The translations under genes were made by a program, and so were the position numbers. Positions 22,017-25,065 of a stretch of DNA of 25,065 nt are shown in pieces; the stretch's first letter is position 1, and every line of letters begins with the position of its first letter. The notes below the pieces were generated by a model, which was given only the letters and a program-made list of their open reading frames with translations, was not told where the DNA came from and ran no database searches. The DNA is taken from positions 1 to 25,065 of the forward strand of contig JAWVDL010000058.1 in assembly GCA_033857355.1 (NCBI GenBank). Reading direction: 5' to 3'. Source of the stretch: Gaiellaceae bacterium (lineage in GTDB: Bacteria > Actinomycetota > Thermoleophilia > Gaiellales > Gaiellaceae).

Positions 22017-23337
22017 GCTCGGTCCACGCCGGCGCGGCGAGGAGCGGCGCAAGCGCGGCCCCGCCGAGCACGATCGAGGTCACGGTCCGGTCGCCCGACC
22101 ACACGAGTGTGAGGTGGACGGGCACGTTCGAGATCCAGTAGACGAGCACGAGGCCGAGGAACGACAGGGCCAGCCACGCGCCGGCGAAGGCGAGCTCCCG
22201 GTAGCGGCGCGAGACCAGGGCGGTGGCGAGGCCCAGGAGGATCAGGGCGAGGAGGAAGCCGAAGCGGCCGCTCGCGATCCGGTCGGCGAGCCCGCCTGCC
22301 GCGGGTCCGACGCGGTCGGCGTGATCCGAGAGGTACCCGGGGCTGGCCGCGTTCCCGAGGGAGTACTCCGGGTTCGGCAGGTGATGCGCGGCGATGAACA
22401 CGCGCCAGGGCACGAGCACTGCGAGCACTCCCAGCATGGCCAGGCTCGCCCGCGCCAGCCGGGCCCGGTCCCACACCGCGAGCGTCCCGAGCAACGCGAC
22501 CGCCGCGGCCAGGGCGAACAGCGCGCCTTCGCTCTTCGTCAGCGCGGCGGCGCCGAGGAAGAGCGCGGCGCAGGCCAGTACGGGCGTCTGGCCGGTCTCG
22601 AGCCAGCGGGCGAGGGCGGCGACGCCGAGCACGACGAAGAATGCAAGCGGCGCGTCCGCGAGGCCGTTCGAGACCTGCTGGATCGTCCCCGCGGCGGACA
22701 CGATCGCCAGCGTGACGAGCCCTGCAAGCAGAAGCGGCACGCGAGGCGTGAGCAGGTCGAGCAGCGCAAAGGAGAACGCGGCGGCGACCAGGACGAGCTG
22801 TACGTGAAAGAGCGCAGGGTCGAACGCGCCCATCGTGCGGAATCCGATCGCCTCGAGCGACGGGAAGAGCAGCGGATGCTGCAGGGGCGGGTAGGCGTCG
22901 GTCGTGAAGACCGGGTTCGCCGTACCGCCGAGCTGGTAGAGCGCCCGCGCCTTCATCCCCCAGATCGCCCAGCCGTCGAACTCGAGCAGCGGACGGCGGC
23001 CGACCGTGACTAGCGCATAGCCCAGCTGGGCCTCCAGCGGCGCGAGCGGGGCGAGGCCGAGCAGTTCGCGCTTCCGGTCCTCCCGCACGATGGAGCGCGG
23101 GCGCCTGATGAACGCGGCGACGCCGACCACCAGCGCGAGCAGCGTGAGCTCCACGAGCCCGAGGGTGATCTGGATCAGAACGAGCTCAGCCGCGAGCAAG
23201 CCGACGGCAGCCAGCCCGGCCATGTAGGCCAGGCCGAGCCTGCGCCAGCCGCGCAGTCCGAGCAGCTGCAGCAGCGCGACTCCGATCGCCAGGTAGAGGA
23301 CCTGCAGGTAGAGGAGGCCGACGACGCTGCCGCTCAT
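21958..23337 (-). CDS. Polytopic membrane protein, GT-C / ArnT-like glycosyltransferase candidate
   Basis: About 11-12 hydrophobic segments; FDGWAIWGMKARAL, YPPLQHPLLFP, ADAPLAFF, TKSEG motifs. Confidence 0.7.
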   Translation of the reverse strand: MSGSVVGLLYLQVLYLAIGVALLQLLGLRGWRRLGLAYMAGLAAVGLLAAELVLIQITLGLVELTLLALVVGVAAFIRRPRSIVREDRKRELLGLAPLAPLEAQLGYALVTVGRRPLLEFDGWAIWGMKARALYQLGGTANPVFTTDAYPPLQHPLLFPSLEAIGFRTMGAFDPALFHVQLVLVAAAFSFALLDLLTPRVPLLLAGLVTLAIVSAAGTIQQVSNGLADAPLAFFVVLGVAALARWLETGQTPVLACAALFLGAAALTKSEGALFALAAAVALLGTLAVWDRARLARASLAMLGVLAVLVPWRVFIAAHHLPNPEYSLGNAASPGYLSDHADRVGPAAGGLADRIASGRFGFLLALILLGLATALVSRRYRELAFAGAWLALSFLGLVLVYWISNVPVHLTLVWSGDRTVTSIVLGGAALAPLLAAPAWTELSAAASEKRRTRASARPTT

Positions 23338-23798
23338 TGCGCGACCCGGGCGACCCAGAACGGGTTCGAGCCGTCGCGGACGACGTCCGAGAATGGAAGT
23401 CCGAGCGACTTCGGATCCGTGCCGACCGAGAGGACGACCGTCGCCTGAGCCGGCGTAGTGACCGCAATCGCCGGCAGGAGGTAGTAGCGCCCGAAGGTCT
23501 GTAGCGTGGCCGAGCGGTCGACTCCCGGCGTGAACGACGCCGAGGCGGGCGCGTTGACGAAGTAGCGGTCGTCGCGGCGCAGCTGCGCGCGGAAGAAGTT
23601 GAACGCGTCGATGGGGATCCCGTTCGCGTAGGCAGCGGCCTCCAGCCGGTCCTGTGCCGTGTAGCCGCTGAACTGGACGTGCTCTCGGTGGAGGAATCGC
23701 CAGCTCTCGGGATACGACTTCAGCGTGGAAGCGAGCGCGCTCGCTGCGAGGAGGCCCGCCAGGACGAGGCGCAGCGTTCGGAGCCGCGCCTCGGTCAT
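23334..23798 (-). CDS. Hypothetical membrane-anchored or secreted protein
   Basis: Translationally coupled (ATGA) on both sides; N-terminal hydrophobic helix; YYLLP motif. Confidence 0.75.
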   Translation of the reverse strand: MTEARLRTLRLVLAGLLAASALASTLKSYPESWRFLHREHVQFSGYTAQDRLEAAAYANGIPIDAFNFFRAQLRRDDRYFVNAPASASFTPGVDRSATLQTFGRYYLLPAIAVTTPAQATVVLSVGTDPKSLGLPFSDVVRDGSNPFWVARVAQ

Positions 23799-24991
23799 GC
23801 GAGCAGCCGGCCGAGCCCTTCCGCCTCGAGCAGGGAGCGGTAGAGCCGGTCGACGTCGTCCACGAGGCGCTCGACCGAGTAGCGCTCCCGCACGCGCGCC
23901 TGCGCGGCCTCGCCCATCCGCTTGCGCAGCTTGTCGTCGGTGGCGAGCTGGGCGAGACGGTCGGCGAGCGCCTCGACGTCGCCGGGCGCGACGAGGAAGC
24001 CGTCCTCGCCGTCGCGCACGACGTCGGGGATCCCGCCGACCCGCGTGGCCACCACCGGCTTCCCTGCGGCGAGAGCCTCGATCGCGGTTACGGGCGTCCC
24101 CTCGTTCGCGGACGGCAGGACGAAGACGTCGAACGCCGCGAAGAAGCTCGCCACCTGCTCCTGGTAGCCGAGGAAGAGCGTCTCGCGCATCACGCCGAGC
24201 TCGTGCGCGCGCCGCTCGACCTCGCCGCGGTCAGGCCCGTCGCCGACCAGGCACAGGCGCGCGTCGATCCCGCGCTCGCGCAGCGACTTGAACGCGAGCA
24301 GGACGTCGTCGGTGCGCTTGATCCCGGTCATCCGGCCGATCCAGCCGACGGTGAACGGCCGCTCCCCGATTCCGAGGACGCGTCTCGTCTCGCCACGGCC
24401 GTTCGAGGTCGGAGCCACGCGCTGGTCGAGCTCGATTCCGAGCCGGACGACGGCGAACCGGGTCGCAGGCGCGACGTCCAGCTCGACGAGGTCGTCGCGC
24501 ACCTGCGGGCTGACGGCGACGAGAGCGGTCGTCGAGCGCGCGAGCGCTCGCTCGAGGTGGCGAAAGGCGCGGGCGCGCACCGGGTCGAAGTAGCCGCGCA
24601 GGACGTGGCCGTGAAAGGTGTGCACCACGACCGGGGGCCGTGCGTCGCCCGCCAGGAGCGCGGCGAAGCGTCCGACGGCTCCGGCCTTGGCGGTGTGCGT
24701 GTGCAGGATGTGCGGCCGGACCTTGCGGATCAGCCGCGCGAGCCGGACCGCCGCGACGACGTCGCGCGCCGGCGAGATCTCGCGGTGCAGCTCGTCGATG
24801 CGCACCACGTCCACGCCGAGCTCGTCGGCGACGAACGCCATCGAGTCCTCCCCCGGCGCGAGGCTCCCGGCGACGAGCGTCGTCTCGTAGCCGCGCTTTG
24901 CGAGGCCGGCGGTGAGATACGCGACGTGCAGCGCGGGCCCGCCCATGTTCAGGCGCGCGATCACGCGCAGGACGCGGACCGGCTCAGCCAA
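23795..24991 (-). CDS. Glycosyltransferase family 4 (GT-B)
   Basis: VIARLNMGGPA, ILHTHTAKAG, HTFHGH, IGRMTGIKR, VGDGP, VLPSANEGTPVTAIEALAAGKPVVATRVGG; TTG start. Confidence 0.93.
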   Translation of the reverse strand: MAEPVRVLRVIARLNMGGPALHVAYLTAGLAKRGYETTLVAGSLAPGEDSMAFVADELGVDVVRIDELHREISPARDVVAAVRLARLIRKVRPHILHTHTAKAGAVGRFAALLAGDARPPVVVHTFHGHVLRGYFDPVRARAFRHLERALARSTTALVAVSPQVRDDLVELDVAPATRFAVVRLGIELDQRVAPTSNGRGETRRVLGIGERPFTVGWIGRMTGIKRTDDVLLAFKSLRERGIDARLCLVGDGPDRGEVERRAHELGVMRETLFLGYQEQVASFFAAFDVFVLPSANEGTPVTAIEALAAGKPVVATRVGGIPDVVRDGEDGFLVAPGDVEALADRLAQLATDDKLRKRMGEAAQARVRERYSVERLVDDVDRLYRSLLEAEGLGRLLA

Positions 24992-25064
24992 GGAGGAAGT
25001 CGGCCGTCCGGCGCAGGCCCTCGTCGAGCCCGACGCGCGGCTCGAAGCCGAGGAGGCGCCGCGC
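24984..25064 (-). CDS. C-terminal fragment of an NAD-dependent epimerase/dehydratase (5' part outside the window)
   Basis: Manual translation ARRLLGFEPRVGLDEGLRRTADFLLG-stop, a typical SDR tail; overlaps the GT4 start by 8 bp. Confidence 0.75.
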   Translation of the reverse strand, partial: ARRLLGFEPRVGLDEGLRRTADFLLG

Positions 25065-25065
25065 C

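Noticed and set aside
1-25065. CRISPR arrays, tRNA/rRNA genes, IS elements, riboswitches
   Set aside because: No repeat-spacer pattern, cloverleaf, transposase or recognisable riboswitch was seen by eye; an Infernal/Rfam scan would be needed to exclude ncRNAs.

Overview
High-GC window, probably from an actinobacterium of the Thermoleophilia/Gaiellales type (inferred from GC, gene content, leaderless starts and a GAAC-N4-GTTC SOS box; not tested by search). Surface-polysaccharide genes occupy both ends. On the left (1-8.7 kb) are a methyltransferase, GT2, priming sugar transferase, ATP-grasp enzyme, two PQQ-like beta-propellers, an epimerase, a Wzz-like protein and a second GT2. On the right (19.9-25 kb) are a UDP-GlcA decarboxylase, a secreted clan GH-A hydrolase, a GT-C-like membrane protein, GT4 and an epimerase fragment. 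Between them are a CGNR regulator/MFS pair, an orphan CDP-tyvelose-epimerase-like gene and LexA-boxed dinB. The standout region is 13.3-19.8 kb. One bipartite motif, GGGAAGA-N16-CGTC, occurs four times around an ECF sigma gene. One copy lies inside the 3' end of the sigma gene, facing a small soluble NHLP-like partner plus a cyclodeaminase-fold gene. The other three drive minus-strand small ORFs with strong Shine-Dalgarno sites: a basic 21-aa peptide, a 67-aa protein, and an acidic 54-aa peptide with DxGRx repeats. These small ORFs alternate with a propeptide-less cytoplasmic subtilase plus stand-alone GAF protein and a cyclic-nucleotide block (MFS-CNBD fusion, MBL hydrolase, stand-alone CNBD). 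This looks like a self-contained ECF / small-peptide / protease signalling module; its function and novelty are inference.
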